A DNA stretch of 64,000 nucleotides from Raja brachyura (GCA_963514005.1 OY740782.1:116622001-116686000), one strand, 5' to 3'. Positions 10,561 through 23,317 are shown, numbered from the stretch's first letter. The notes: generated by a model not told the origin, from the sequence alone. Translations and numbers: made by a program.

Positions 10561-13086
10561 TAACTCAGTTTTCTCATTAATTATTGCCTTCAGAGATTGA
10601 CTTTCAAATGAATGTTTGAATTGAATTTTGTTATTCAAACTCTAATGTTATTTTGATGTGAGGGAAGTGTGTAATGTGGTGCCCCTCAGAAGCAAATCCA
10701 GGTTCTGTCCAGCAGTCTCCAGGATGCATTTGTCCACTCTGCCCCACAAAGAAAATGGATGCTTGCAGTGAGATCTTCCAAATATCCAATTATCAAAGTA
10801 ATCAAGTGAGGAATTTGTTAAGAGGCTGCAAGGCTGGTAGAGGAACAGGTGAGAAAAAAGGTGTCTTTCTGTATGGTCCATTAAGAGCAATGTTCTCTTT
10901 CAAACCTTGAAAGGAATTCCTCGGTCTCCTGCCCCAATCATCCCCTTTACATGTCTGATTGTCACAGACACTGGAAGGTTTCACTCAACCCGCCAGCTGG
11001 GGCATATATTTGTACATAGACTCAATTCAAAGTTTGGATTTTTTTAAATTTGCTAATTTTTAAAGTTGTCTCTAAATTAAGACAATTATTGCATTTTCCG
11101 ACCAATTATGGTGGTGGTAAAGATCTTTATGAAGTATTAAACTGTTTTAAATAATGATTTTGTGACATTGATTTTACTGACATTTGATAATCTGGCATTT
11201 GGCCTGATTTTACTGCAAGTATCCATCTCTGTGTGGGGCAGAGTGGACACATGCAACATGCAGATCACTCGGAAGAACTTGGCTGCTATCTTAGAATTGC
11301 TAAGACAGAAACATTGTCAGGATTGTTATAATGTGATCTTTCTTTTTAGTTTGTTTTCTTTTAAGTTGAGAATAACGATTGTTAATTTTTTTAAATATAA
11401 AGCAGGGCATTAAAGGTGTGAATCTTGTGTGAAGCTTTCTGGGGTGAGGAGGTTAGGAGGAAAACACCTAAATAAACTGGTGTTCTTCTTCCCCTGCCCT
11501 CCACACATCAGTATGAATAAATAAATAAATGCACAAAATCCTTTCTTGTGGTCTTTATGGCCAAGTTAAGACTGCGTTTTTTATAACTTTGAACTTGAAG
11601 CATACAAGATGGTGTCAGATTCCTGTAGGATCTGATATTTCTCTTCGGTTTGCATATCTGCACCAATATGGCACGCTGTTGATGCTTTTGAGGCTCGTTT
11701 GTTGGTTTTATCTATCAATGAGTTTTGATGTGGAGCAATTGGAGGAGGGAAAAGCTGCAGGAAAGACGAAAAGAGCAGCAAAACTGAAAATGCTAGTGTG
11801 CAGTGGTTTGCCAAATATTGAATGATTTGCAAATATTGAATTTTGTATTTCCGGTTATTTGGCTTGCTCTAATTGATTAAATATTTTCATTTTAATCTCC
11901 AAATATAGCAGCAATTACTAGGAATATTCAGTTCTAACAACATCTGTGAAGAGAGAACTCAGTTTGGCTTCTCAGATCGATGACCTTCAGAACGGGAAGT
12001 TAGAAACCAAACAAGTTTTATGTGCAGAAAGGCGGAGGGAGCAATGGGCAGAAGTCACTGATGGGGTGTACCATATCACGGACATTCCCACTGATTTCTC
12101 CACTCCCTTCACCACAAATTAAAACAGTCCTTTCATTAGAACTGCAAAAGGTTAGACAATGGACAATAGGTGCGGTAGTAGGCCATTCGGCCCTTCGAGC
12201 CAGCATATTAGCAAGATTAAATTAGCTGATGTTTCTCGCTCCACAGACACTGCCTGATCTACTGGGTATTAATAGCATTTTTTTGTTTTTATTTCAAAGT
12301 TCCAGCATCTTAGCTTTTGATCTTTTAATAAATTTCCAGGTTAATCTCAGGTGCAGTGTGAAAGTATATTTTTGTGCAGCTCTGTTGAATGGGCTTTTGA
12401 GTGAGCTAACTCAAGATAGTTGACAAATGCATTGATTTGGATGCAATTTATAATGAAAGGAGTTGCTGAACCCATCTGATCAACTGGTTTTCATATTCTT
12501 TGGCAAATATTAAAACTAATGCATGGTGCTAATTCATGATAGGATGAAGCTACTGCTAATATGTGCAGTGAGTGTCGGAGATCATCAGGTTAGATAAAGT
12601 GGAGATTACAATTCAAAGCAAATAGTTGCAAATTGCAGTGCAATGGCAAATACGAGTCACTCATAGCCCTGATTTCATGGCCAATCGATGTTTTCAAAGG
12701 GAAATTTGTTGGGTGTTTGTATTTTGAGGTAGCTCCCTCAACTTTTCAATTACATTTTCAAGCATTCCACCACTTACTCCTTTTTGTCTTTGCCATTTAA
12801 CACCGCCAACATTTGTGACCAACTCCACCCTTCTCTAACCCATCTGACTTATCTATACCAATCAATCCCGCCCTCACTTGAATCCGTCTACCATTTGTCA
12901 GGTCTTGCCCCACCCTTCTGCTCGCCTCTTTCTCCTCACCATCTCCCGTCTATTCCAACAGTCTGAAGAGTCGCTATCTGAAAAATTGTCCATTTCCCCC
13001 CTGTAGATGCTGAGTTCCTCCAGCAATTAGATTTTTGCTTTATCATTCTCACAATGGACTTCAGGCACCAGGAATGTGTAATATAG

Positions 13087-13181
13087 GTAGACACAAAATA
13101 CTGGAGTAACTCAGAGGGACAGGAAGCATCTCTGGAGAGAAAGAATGGGTAATGTTTTGGGTCGAGACCCTTCTTCAGACT
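13087..13181 (-). mobile_element. Short Penelope-derived tail repeat (hammerhead-like core)
   Basis: Reverse complement agtctgaagaagggtctcgacccaaaacattacccattc...ccagagatgct...ctgagttactccag; related copies near 8250, 12960, 22855, 40955, 42345, 43838, 45150, 55050. Confidence 0.7.
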
Positions 13182-13628
13182 AATATACCTACACCCTTTC
13201 AGAAAATCTGATACATTTTAGAAATAGGTTTCAATAGGATAAGCTAGTTGGCTCGTTTACATTTGTGGTAGATTGGAACTGGTTGGACAACAAGCCAATT
13301 CCAAGCTGTCACAAAATCAGATGGTGTAGGTCGTCCTGATACCAAAGAAAATGGAGTGGCAACGGTTTTTATATCAATGCTTCACTGCTTTAAAATCAGA
13401 CTGATGACCCTCACTCTTACACTTTAGCCCAAAATTGTAATTGACCTTTTGAAGATGGTAGCGAGAAAGATGGTAGCTCCCAATTCAATGTGTAAATCAA
13501 CTAACTGATTGATTTCTACAAAGGCTACCAGGTTTGATTATCCCAAAAGAGTTGGTAAGTTCTGGCTGAGTAGTTTTGATAATACGATTTGATGTAATCC
13601 AGTATTCCCTGCATAGTTGTGCCATATG

Positions 13629-14407
13629 CAGAGCTGCCAAGTAGTACAGATTTTCCGTATTTTGTACGGAAATGCGATAATACGGATGTACGGATTTGCA
13701 TTGTAAAATACGGATTTTTTTTAAATAGGCCCGACTTCCTGTTTCATCTTGCTGCTTAAAAAATTGAAGGATTTAAAAAGTCATACTGTAACTCTAAAAA
13801 TTATAGCAGATTAAATCTATTAGTATTTTAAATTTGAAGGTCTGGATTATTATTTTTGTAAGCTTTGATCTGCCCGTCCTGCTACAGGTTTAAACAGCGC
13901 TGTCAGTTTAACGAGTGGGAATATTAAACGAACAGCACTAGGGGTTTTAATTATAGCGCTACCAGCTGGAGCGCTATTACCTTTACACAGCACTATGGGT
14001 CNNNNNNNNNNNNNNNNNNNNNNNNNNNNNNNNNNNNNNNNNNNNNNNNNNNNNNNNNNNNNNNNNNNNNNNNNNNNNNNNNNNNNNNNNNNNNNNNNNN
14101 NNNNNNNNNNNNNNNNNNNNNNNNNNNNNNNNAGGGAGGCTTCCAAATTGGCTTCTACATCATCTGGTGCTAAAAACAGGAAGCAGCGGTTCAAGCAGAA
14201 GTATACAAAGAGATGGCAATGAATGCACTGTCAAGTAAGGTGCATAGAAGACATGTCAATTGGTAGCATAGTTATGCATTCTTGTACTGTTACATGGGTA
14301 TGACCGCACATAAAAAATAAAAATGTTTCAGCAAATGGTACCGCGTAAAAATACTGATTTTCAGGTACTAGAATACTGAAATGCTCTGACAAAAATTGGC
14401 AGCTCTG
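13629..14407. mobile_element. Non-autonomous hAT-like MITE spanning an assembly gap
   Basis: 12-bp perfect TIR CAGAGCTGCCAA / TTGGCAGCTCTG flanked on both sides by CATATG; subterminal tacgg repeats. Confidence 0.75.
14002..14132. other. Assembly gap (131 N)
   Basis: Run of n characters. Confidence 1.
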
Positions 14408-16069
14408 CATATGCACTCTTCAGATTAAGGACAACAAATTTTGAACTTGGAATCAAAGTATTTATCAGGTACATTATCTTATCAATAATTGTGTACATTT
14501 GAAAAAGAAGCAAAATTGGAGTGAGCACAAGAGGAAAATTACTCAAAAACTGAAAAAGGGTTTAGCCAGGTAACATAATCAGGAATGATCTGAAGAAAAT
14601 GGGAATAACAAATGTGATTCCTTGCACAATACTTCTGCTCTTCCATAATGTATCCTCTCTGATTCTCGCCCTATGTTTAACTGTATAACTTTTAGTCTAG
14701 AAAAGCTGGGTAAGGGAGGAATCGCCAATAATTATTTGTGCAGATGCTGGTTGAAGGCATCGGAAATATTTTCACCTATGGGGAAACATGGATTAAAGAT
14801 CCATTGCAATACTGTTTTGAGGAATGATACTGAAGAAATATGTGGACGACCAAGGGGAAGCTTGGGAACAGCTTCCAAAAGTAGTTTGAGCAGAGGCATA
14901 GTGGAATCTGATCAAGTGATGCTGCCAGATAAATTATTGCCTTTGGTGAGATATAATTTTGAGCAGTTTAATTGGAGACCCAGTAACATGTTGAAGTTTG
15001 TTTACCAAATTGTTTTTTATTTTCTGGACTCGCAGACAATCAACTGTGATTGTCGTGAATGATTTTATTTAATGGAAGGAATAGTAAAATATCCTCTGAT
15101 TATGGATTCCATTATAAGTATTTTGATAACCATTTTTACATATATTTAGTATTATGGGAAATGATATGCTTTTCCTAATAGCATGTCACCAAGTAAATGT
15201 AATTAGGTTTTCGTTGCTGGTTTACAGTTTAATTTTATATAGTACATTTACTAAAATCACTGCCCTGTTCATTTGAGAATGGGGCTTGGGATTTACATCA
15301 GATTTCACAGGTAGATTTGAGTTGCCAGGCATTTTGTATTCTTTGGGGTAATTAACATTTAACAGGTCTGATATAATTATCCATTTTGTTGTGTCAATGC
15401 TGTGTGTATGAAAGTTGCTTTAAAATGCGAGAATATTATTCCTGTACTTTATATCCCTGCATCTGTCATTTCAAAAAACCTTTTAACAAAAATAATCAAT
15501 TTTTGAAACTAAGTAAAGGAAGTGAAATTTTCAGTGTATATTTTGTTTGAAGGTAATTTTAATGTACTGCTTAAAATATTACTAAGTTTAAAGAGGAATA
15601 AGATACTTCGTAATTTTAAGGAAATTAAATGTGAAAGAAAACAAGAAAATCATAATTTTACAAGGAACATATGTTTCGGATATTCATCAATCTAATGCAG
15701 ACTAAAAAGTTTCAGCTTCAAGCTGAGCTCACATCCTATAGTTCTTGTCTAGGCCCTGGCAGACACTTATTTTCCTGCATTTTCTCCATTCTCTTTATTA
15801 TTCTCCTTTTGATCTGTATGCATTTCAGGACCACCAACAGCACTAACTTCTTAATGGTGATATGATTCAGAATATCGCTTTTCCCTCCCTCGAACCTGCT
15901 AGCTTTCTTCTTTTCTACAGTGAATACATAGGAGAAGTATTAATTTAAAGCCTCGCCCATTTCCCATGGCTCTACATATAGATTACCATGTTGATTCTTG
16001 GGACTACTCTCTCCCCAGCAAACCTTCCCAGCTTTTGAACACCTACTAGCGATCTCCCTACCCATCTCT

Positions 16070-17220
16070 TTGCTGTGCTTCTGGAATAGGTTAAATATCG
16101 CAATCCTCAGTTCCAATCTATGCTGAGTTCATCTGCCTTATCCAAGAGACTTTTTTCATAAAATAAATGCAGTTTAGCCTATCAGACCTTCCACCCCCCC
16201 TGTCCTGCCTCTGCCTGGTGAAATAACTTGGTTTAGCCTTTATATTTGTTTCCACTTTCTCATCTGATGCATTTCCACTTTGGGTATTATTTCCTTGTTA
16301 AACTAGTTTAAAATCTCCCGAGATGCACTAACAAACACCCCCACAAGGAAATTGAATCTCTTCCCCTCTGCACAGTTTAGATGTAACTTGTCCCTCCTGT
16401 ACATGACACGTCCTGACCCCAAATAGATCCCAGTGGTCCAAGTAGTTGAAGCCCTCATGCCAACACCAACACTTCAGCCACTCATTAATTTGCTTTATCC
16501 ACATATTCCTACTTACACTAGCATGCAGTTCATGGAGTAATCCTGAGATTACTACCACTGAGGACCTGCTCTTTAACTTTCTGCTTATCTCCCTGTATTA
16601 CCTTTGCAGGACCTCATTTCTCTTGCTGCCTTTGTCATTGATAGCAGTATGGACTAAGACCTCTGACTGCTCTCCCTCACCTTTCAGCATGTCCCGTGGC
16701 AATTTAGAGACATTCTTTATCTGTTGCACCAGGGAGGGAACATGCCATACTGGAGTCTTTCTCATATCCATGGAACTGCCTACCAATGACCCTGACTACA
16801 GAGTCCCCTATCATCACTGCTCGCCTAGACTTTGGCCTATCTTCCTGTACGACAGAGCCAACCACAGTGCAACTGATCAAGGTGTGGCTTTTCCCTCAGG
16901 CCATTACTCCAAAACAGTATCCAAAACAATGTATTTGTTAAAGAGGAACAGTCCCAGAAGACTTCTAATCTATCTGTCTGCCAATCCTGGCAATTACCCA
17001 TCCAGCTGAACTTGCAGTATGACGACCTCCCTGAAACTCCTATCGATAATATATTCTGCCTCCTATATTTTCCTGAGTCCAACTGACCCTCCGATCGGTC
17101 TGATTGGATCAAATGGTCTGTGAGAAACTCGAACTGAATACATTTCCTGCAAACATGACTTCTCTTTGATCTCCCACATTTCAGACGAGTAACACACCAG
17201 TTCACTGACACCACTCATTG
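16070..17220 (-). mobile_element. CR1 LINE ORF1 remnant (Cys-rich/PHD-like plus SGNH esterase)
   Basis: Minus-strand peptides HVCRKCIQ, KGEGEQSEVLVHTAINDKG and VVISGLL...INEWLKCWCWHEGFNYLDHWDLF, typical of CR1 ORF1 esterase; frameshifted. Confidence 0.75.
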
Positions 17221-17488
17221 CCAATACCAGGTTAAAACTAAGAAAAAAGAACAATTATGCATCTTGCCTGGATTTGCAGTAATTTCCACTAACTCCTCAC
17301 TATTTTCCTTGTGGCAACAAACTTGCAGATACTATCTCCAAGTTATTGATTGTATAATTTTGTCAGAGGAAGATTTCTCTTCAGCTTCAGCTCTTAAAAA
17401 GGTGGTTTCTAAGTAGTTTAAATTAATCTCATTCAATACCAACATTTTATTTTATTAAATGTATTAATCCTTTTTTCCCCTCTGCCAG

Positions 17489-18112
17489 TCTCCAGATGAA
17501 GATGAAGAGACGAGAGTGTATCGTTTGAAAATTGAGGAACAGAAAAGACTCAGAGAAGAAATACTGAGACAGAAGGAGCTTCGACGGCAGCAGCAAGCTG
17601 GTGCCCGAAAGAAAGAACTTCTTGAAAGACTTGCACAACAACAGCAGCAGCAGCAGCCGCAACCACTTGTAGCCCAACAACCATCTCAACAACATCAACA
17701 CCAAGCAAATACGCAACAGGCTCCCCAGAATTTTAACCCAGCTTCATTACAGGCTGTAAATCACCAACAGCCAAATATAAAGACTAGACTGTTCACAAGA
17801 AAACAAAGTATAGGAGTGCAGCAGCAAGTCAATAGAACTCAACAATCTGGAAATATTCCAATTCAGACAGAAATGAGAAGAAATGTAAACCAAATCAAAC
17901 AGATCAGACCTGCACCCTTAAATCAACTGCAGTTTCCCAAACTAGCCCAGTCTAAAACAGTTGGGACTTCTGGACCCAGTGTACAATCTGCAGTCAAGCC
18001 CCAAGAATTAAAGCCTGGTGTTAAACGGACAGTAATGCAAAGAATGAATAGTGGAGGAGGGGATGGGCCTCACATTAATCCCAAAATAAGGGTACTCAAG
18101 CTACCAACAATG
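17489..18112 (+). CDS. RBM33: RBM33 coding exon (coiled-coil, Q-rich)
   Basis: Acceptor ttttttcccctctgccag|TCT CCA GAT; encodes SPDEDEETRVYRLKIEEQKRLREEILRQKELRRQQQAGARKKELLERLAQQQ...KPGVKRTVMQRMNSGGGDGPHI; donor ATG|gtaaga, phase 0. Confidence 0.95.
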
Positions 18113-21049
18113 GTAAGACCTACGTTTCTTTGTAAAAATGTGTAATAATGCTAAATTAAAATAAATAAATATTTAAAAAATGTTTTCCATATTAGTCAGG
18201 AGTATCAATAGAAAACCTGGAGGAAAGGAGAGCTTTCAATGCATAAACAACAGTTACTTTAGCTAAATTCACGTCATAATTTTTATATATGTTGCAGATA
18301 TCTACTGAGTTTTGTTTATTTTATTTCTGGATCGCTTTGATTTAAATGACCGTTATTTTCAAACTGGATATTACCAGAGATTATATATATTTTTTAAAGT
18401 ACTTTGGCAAATCATCTTAAGCTTTCATTTGTGGTGATGAAAATAATTATTCATACCATGTTTTCGATATTTTGTGTTTAGTATCAATTGATTTCGACAG
18501 TAGTTCACAGATTTCTTCTACATTTGAGCATATTGAAAGCATGGGATACCATCTGGCTTATCTCTTAAGTATGTCCGTATGATAGCTTGATAAAAATACT
18601 CTTTAAAAATATCAACATTTTGATTCAATGGTGATCTGATTTTTTTTGCCAGATGGTATGACTTGAAGTCCAAAAATAATCTATAATAACGACAAAATAA
18701 AATCGCCTCTAGGTAAAGCCCATGTGTACTAATTAAACTTTAGACTGATCTTAATAATACTTCAAATGATTACGGCTTAGAATGAAAGAAGAATGTTAAA
18801 TCTGCTTATTTCCCTGTAAATGCCTATGAGATTTGGACATAAATCTGAATTTTTTTTATTTGCAAGTCGTAATAAAAGCATTGTGTCATTGTTAATAGAT
18901 TCTTGTCTTGGTAAGTCTGCCGGCAGCTGAATTGGTGGCAGTGCCTTTGACAGTGCAGAGTAGCCTTTTTATAAAGGGAATCTTTGCAATGCTGCCCGGG
19001 AAGCTGCACTGCTGTCGCTCTGTGCACTTTGACAATGTTATCTTTTCTCTCAGTACAGAGTATCAAATGTCTGTCAGGAATACAGAAATTAATTTAATGT
19101 CACCTGACATGCAATTAATCTTTAGAGGTTTTCATAATACCTGTACAGAAAGAGTTGCCAGTTTGCAGGATTTGGATTTCGGGACTTAGTTGTAGATAAG
19201 GGAAATTAATTTTTCATCAGCGTTCGTACAGGCTAGCATGACCACAAAGACTGCAGCAAATGGTTGGGGAATTTGTCATGTGTTGTTACTTCAGAATAAT
19301 GGTACTTAACATTTGATAGGTGTAATCAAGAGAGGTGCAATTCTATAGAAGGGGATTAATCAATTTGCACTCTGCTGAATGTACTTGGTGTTATCATTGC
19401 TTGCTTGTGTTGGAATAGGAATAAGATTTAATCGGTGAGATTTTTATGGTCTTTTGGAAAGGATTTTTTCCAGACAAAACTGATGGAATTTAATAAAAAA
19501 CATAATGGTGTTCTGGCAGAAGCGTGCAATTCACATTTGGAGACTATATTTGCTAAAGTTAAATCATTGATAAAAATGGATTTTATAGAAGAGAACACTA
19601 AAGATATTTATGAAGATGTAACTGATTCAAGATTTAAAAATCAAGGACATTTTATTAAAAAATTCCAATGTCCTTTTAAACTTCATAATTGCAAAAACCT
19701 TTAGACATATGCACAAAATATAAATGGTTCTTCCTGGTGAGTTAATGTCTGTTCATTTTTCCCACGGGCAAAGAAGCCTAACCACTATAAATCATAAAGT
19801 TCCCTTTAAACCATTAGAAAAGGCAAAAACTGCAGTTGAAGAGAATGACGTCAGAATTCTGGTAATACTCAGCAGTTCAGGCAGCGTTAGTGGACAGGGC
19901 AAGAATTAATGTTTCTCTACTTTGATGAAGCATTAACTATGCTTCTCTCTCCACAGATACTGTTTGACCTTTTAACCCAATTTCCTTCAACCCACTATTC
20001 CATGTAAAATTCCTTGTTTCTGATTTGACCACTAACCCTAAAAAGGAAATCTATAACCATTATTCTCCCGTATTCTTCCACAATTCCAGCATTTAATCTA
20101 ACATCTTTGTTCCGTGTTGTGATGACTCAATATTGGAAACCGTCTACTTCAAGTATCCCTGAACAAATGTTCATGTTTTTAAGCACTATGTTGTCCATAT
20201 TATCAAATATTTTTTGGCCATTGCTATGAAAATGTCAAGCTATTGACTTGTACTTACTGCATTTATTTATGTTGCAGTGTTATATATTGGGATTAAGATT
20301 TGGATAGTTTTTCTACCAATTGATAGTTAAATTATTTGGTTTTGTAAAAAAAAATGTTTAAAGAAAATTATGCAGTCAGTAGTCAGTCCTTTAACTTTGT
20401 GAAGATTGAAAGCACAATACAAGGTGTTAGATGAAGAGGAGAGTAGGAAAGAGTGATGAACAAAACCAGACACTTGATTATAGTTAGGTGGTCAGGCCTG
20501 AAAAACCACATTAACTATCATTGATTAGTGTATTAGGACATCCAGTGTTCATCTGAACACCAATCCACGTTTCAGTATTTTACAATTTAAAAAAGAAGAG
20601 TTCGCTATTCTATTTTCTATTCTTCAAAGCTAAATGCCCACACAGTTTTCCACATTCTGTTCTACCTTCCCTCTACACTTAACCTGTCATTATCCCTTTG
20701 AAGCCTCGTTGCTGCATCCCCACAACTCATACTGCCGCCCTTCTTTGTATTATGCAACATATCGTCTAGGTTCTGTGTTTGTTGCTTCAAACTCCTTCCT
20801 GAGTGTGATCCATGTTTGTTGTAGGCCCTTGATCTCTGGAATGAGCAAACCAAGGAGTTGCAGAGAGAGTGGTTTCTGTGGCAAAGGGAAAGAAATGGAC
20901 GATGGAGTGAAATGTGACCAGGGGAACGCTATCATTGTTATGTTTGTGGGGAGGGGGAGTGAGAGCAGAACTGCAGCAGTCCAGAGAGGAGACTGTAGTG
21001 ATGGCTGCACTCACACCGGGGGGGTGTAGGGTAGGAGCGTGCGTGTGAA

Positions 21050-21720
21050 GAGCATTGAAGGAATCCCCGTTTACTTTATCTCAGTCATCCTAGGGTGGAA
21101 AGGCTAGGACGACTGAGATCATCTTGGGTGTTGGTTTGGGTAAATGGAGAAATTGAGAGTGAGGGATAGCATCTTTGCAAGAGGCTGGGCGGGAAGGGAT
21201 ACAGTCAAGTTAGCTGTGGGATGTTTGTTATAGACGTCAATTGATAATCTGTTCCCTGTGATGGAGACAGAGACAGAGACAGAGATGGAGAAAGGAGGCA
21301 GAGGTGCCAGAGAACGTCTAAGTTCATTTGAGATCAGTTGTGAAGTTGATGAAATCAAGTTCTGCACAGGTGTAGGAACCAGTTCCGATGCTGTCGTTGA
21401 TGTAGTGGAGAAAGAGTTGGGGAAAGGTACCAGGGTATATTTGGAACAATGAGTGTTCAATGTAACCAATAAAAACACAGGCATAGCTAGAGCCCATGTG
21501 AGGTTCCATGGTTTCATCTATGACTTGAAAAAAGTGAGGAGTCAAAAGAGAAGTCGTTGAGGGTAAGGACACATTCCACCTGGCAGTGGAGAGTATTCGT
21601 TGAGGGAACGGTTTGGGCCTCTGCTAATGAAGAGTCAGAGTGCCTGAAACTGTTCCGATGTGGAATGAAGATGTCAAGGTTCTGGGTGTCCATGGTAAAC
21701 ATTAGGCGATGGAGTAGATT
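21050..21720 (-). mobile_element. Penelope-like reverse transcriptase fragment
   Basis: FTMDTQNL..IPH, HMGSSYACVFIGYIE...LFLHYINDSIG (degenerate RYIDD) and LSIDVYNK, typical of PLE RT. Confidence 0.75.
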
Positions 21721-21884
21721 ATTTGGAAGCTACTGAAGTGATAAAGAGCGTATAAAGTAGGAAAGATTAGGCGATGGGGGCGTAGGAATTGGAAGTTGCT
21801 AAGTAGTACAGATCGTGTGAAGTGTTGCCAAGATGTAGCTTGGAAGGGACTGGACAAGGGAGCATCAGACAGAACAAAGATTGA

Positions 21885-22965
21885 GTTCCCTGGTCCTCAC
21901 GTTTTACTGCACCAGACTCCGCATCCAAAGCATCACTGTCTGATTTTGGCCGCCTTCAATATGATCCCACCAACAATCACATCTTCCCGTCCCCACCCCT
22001 TTCCATAGAGATCACTCTTTCCGCAACTTGTTGATTTGCTTATCTTTTCCCGCTCAATCCACCCCCTCCCCAGGCACCCTTCCCTGCAAACAAGGAGCTA
22101 TAAAACTTCCATCCATCGACCCCAGCAACCCTTCCAGTCATACTGCATGGAAACAGGCCTTTTGGCCTAACTTGTCAATGCCGACCAACATGCCCCAACT
22201 AAGCTAGATCTGCTTTCCAACATATGACCCATGTCCCTCAAATCTTTCCTATCCATGTATCTCTCCAAATGTCTGAAATGTTATTATTGTACCTGCCTCA
22301 ACTCCTTCCTCTGGCTAACAAGCACTCCTTCCAACTTCGTCTGTTGCATTTAGTGTTCCCAATGTGACTCCCTTTATATTGCCAAGACCAAGTGTGTCCT
22401 AAGTGACCATTTTTGCTGAACATTTGCGCTCTAACATTTGAGATCCTGCTTCAGACCTTTTTGATCATTTTACCTTTTTATCAACATTGAATTATCCAAC
22501 TCCAAGTAATATATTTTCCCTTGACCCTCCACCACAACCCTGGTGGGCAACCTTTCACCTGTCAACTCCCATTACCATAGTCACCCTGCCCCATCCCCTC
22601 TGTATGCTCATCTCCCGTCCCAAGCCATATTTCCTTTTTATCCCCCACTCTCCCAAGTTCCCTTACACCCATATCCCCCCTTTCACTCTTCTTTCCTTAT
22701 CTGACATCCTTTTGTCTCCTGTTCACCCATAGCCATCTTCACTTACTCCATCTGCCTATCAAGCACCTCCTGCTCACCTGTATCCACCTACATCTTAGCT
22801 GCCTTGTCCCACCTCCTACTTCGTTTTCCGACATTCTCCCCCTACTCCATCAGGTCTGAACCAGAAACATCAGCTGTTGATTTTACTCGACAGATGGTGG
22901 CTAATCCATTGAGTTCTTCCAGGCTTTTGCTTTTTGCTCAGGATTTCAGCATCTGCAGTCTCTTG
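21885..22965 (+). mobile_element. Penelope-like 3' portion (linker/GIY-YIG/tail) with nested CR1 tail at about 22140-22310
   Basis: gagttccctggtcctcac...gatcccaccaacaatcacatcttcccgtcc; tccttccaacttcgtctgttgcatttagtgttccc (SNL..CI.C); pyrimidine-rich tail. Confidence 0.6.
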
Positions 22966-23317
22966 TGACTCCACTGGGTTTTGAAATTTTGGAGAGTGTG
23001 CCAGTGTTTCAATCTATGCTGATTGAGTAGGCTAGAGACTTTTGAGATGATGGAAATTACAAAACTAAATTTTTGCTGGTTGGTGAAGACATGGTATTTT
23101 GGCAGAGAGAAAAAAAAAGCTAAAATATAGTCAGCTGTTTTTGTAAAATTGTGGATGAACATGGGCTGTTCCCTTTCCCAAACAAATTAATTGTGCCGAT
23201 GAGATTGGTACATGATTTGTTGTCTTCCTGAATCAACAAGAGTGAGTGAAAATGAGAGAAATGCATCTAGCTTTAAGCGAAATGAAGCATTATCTTGCTG
23301 TCCATGCTTATGCCACC

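Noticed and set aside
16446-17009. 187-aa plus-strand ORF
   Set aside because: Antisense shadow of the CR1 ORF1 remnant on the minus strand.
19435-19704. 89-aa Lys/Glu-rich ORF resembling a possible extra exon
   Set aside because: The RBM33 peptide is continuous between 18112 and 30996 without it, and I found no convincing flanking splice sites.
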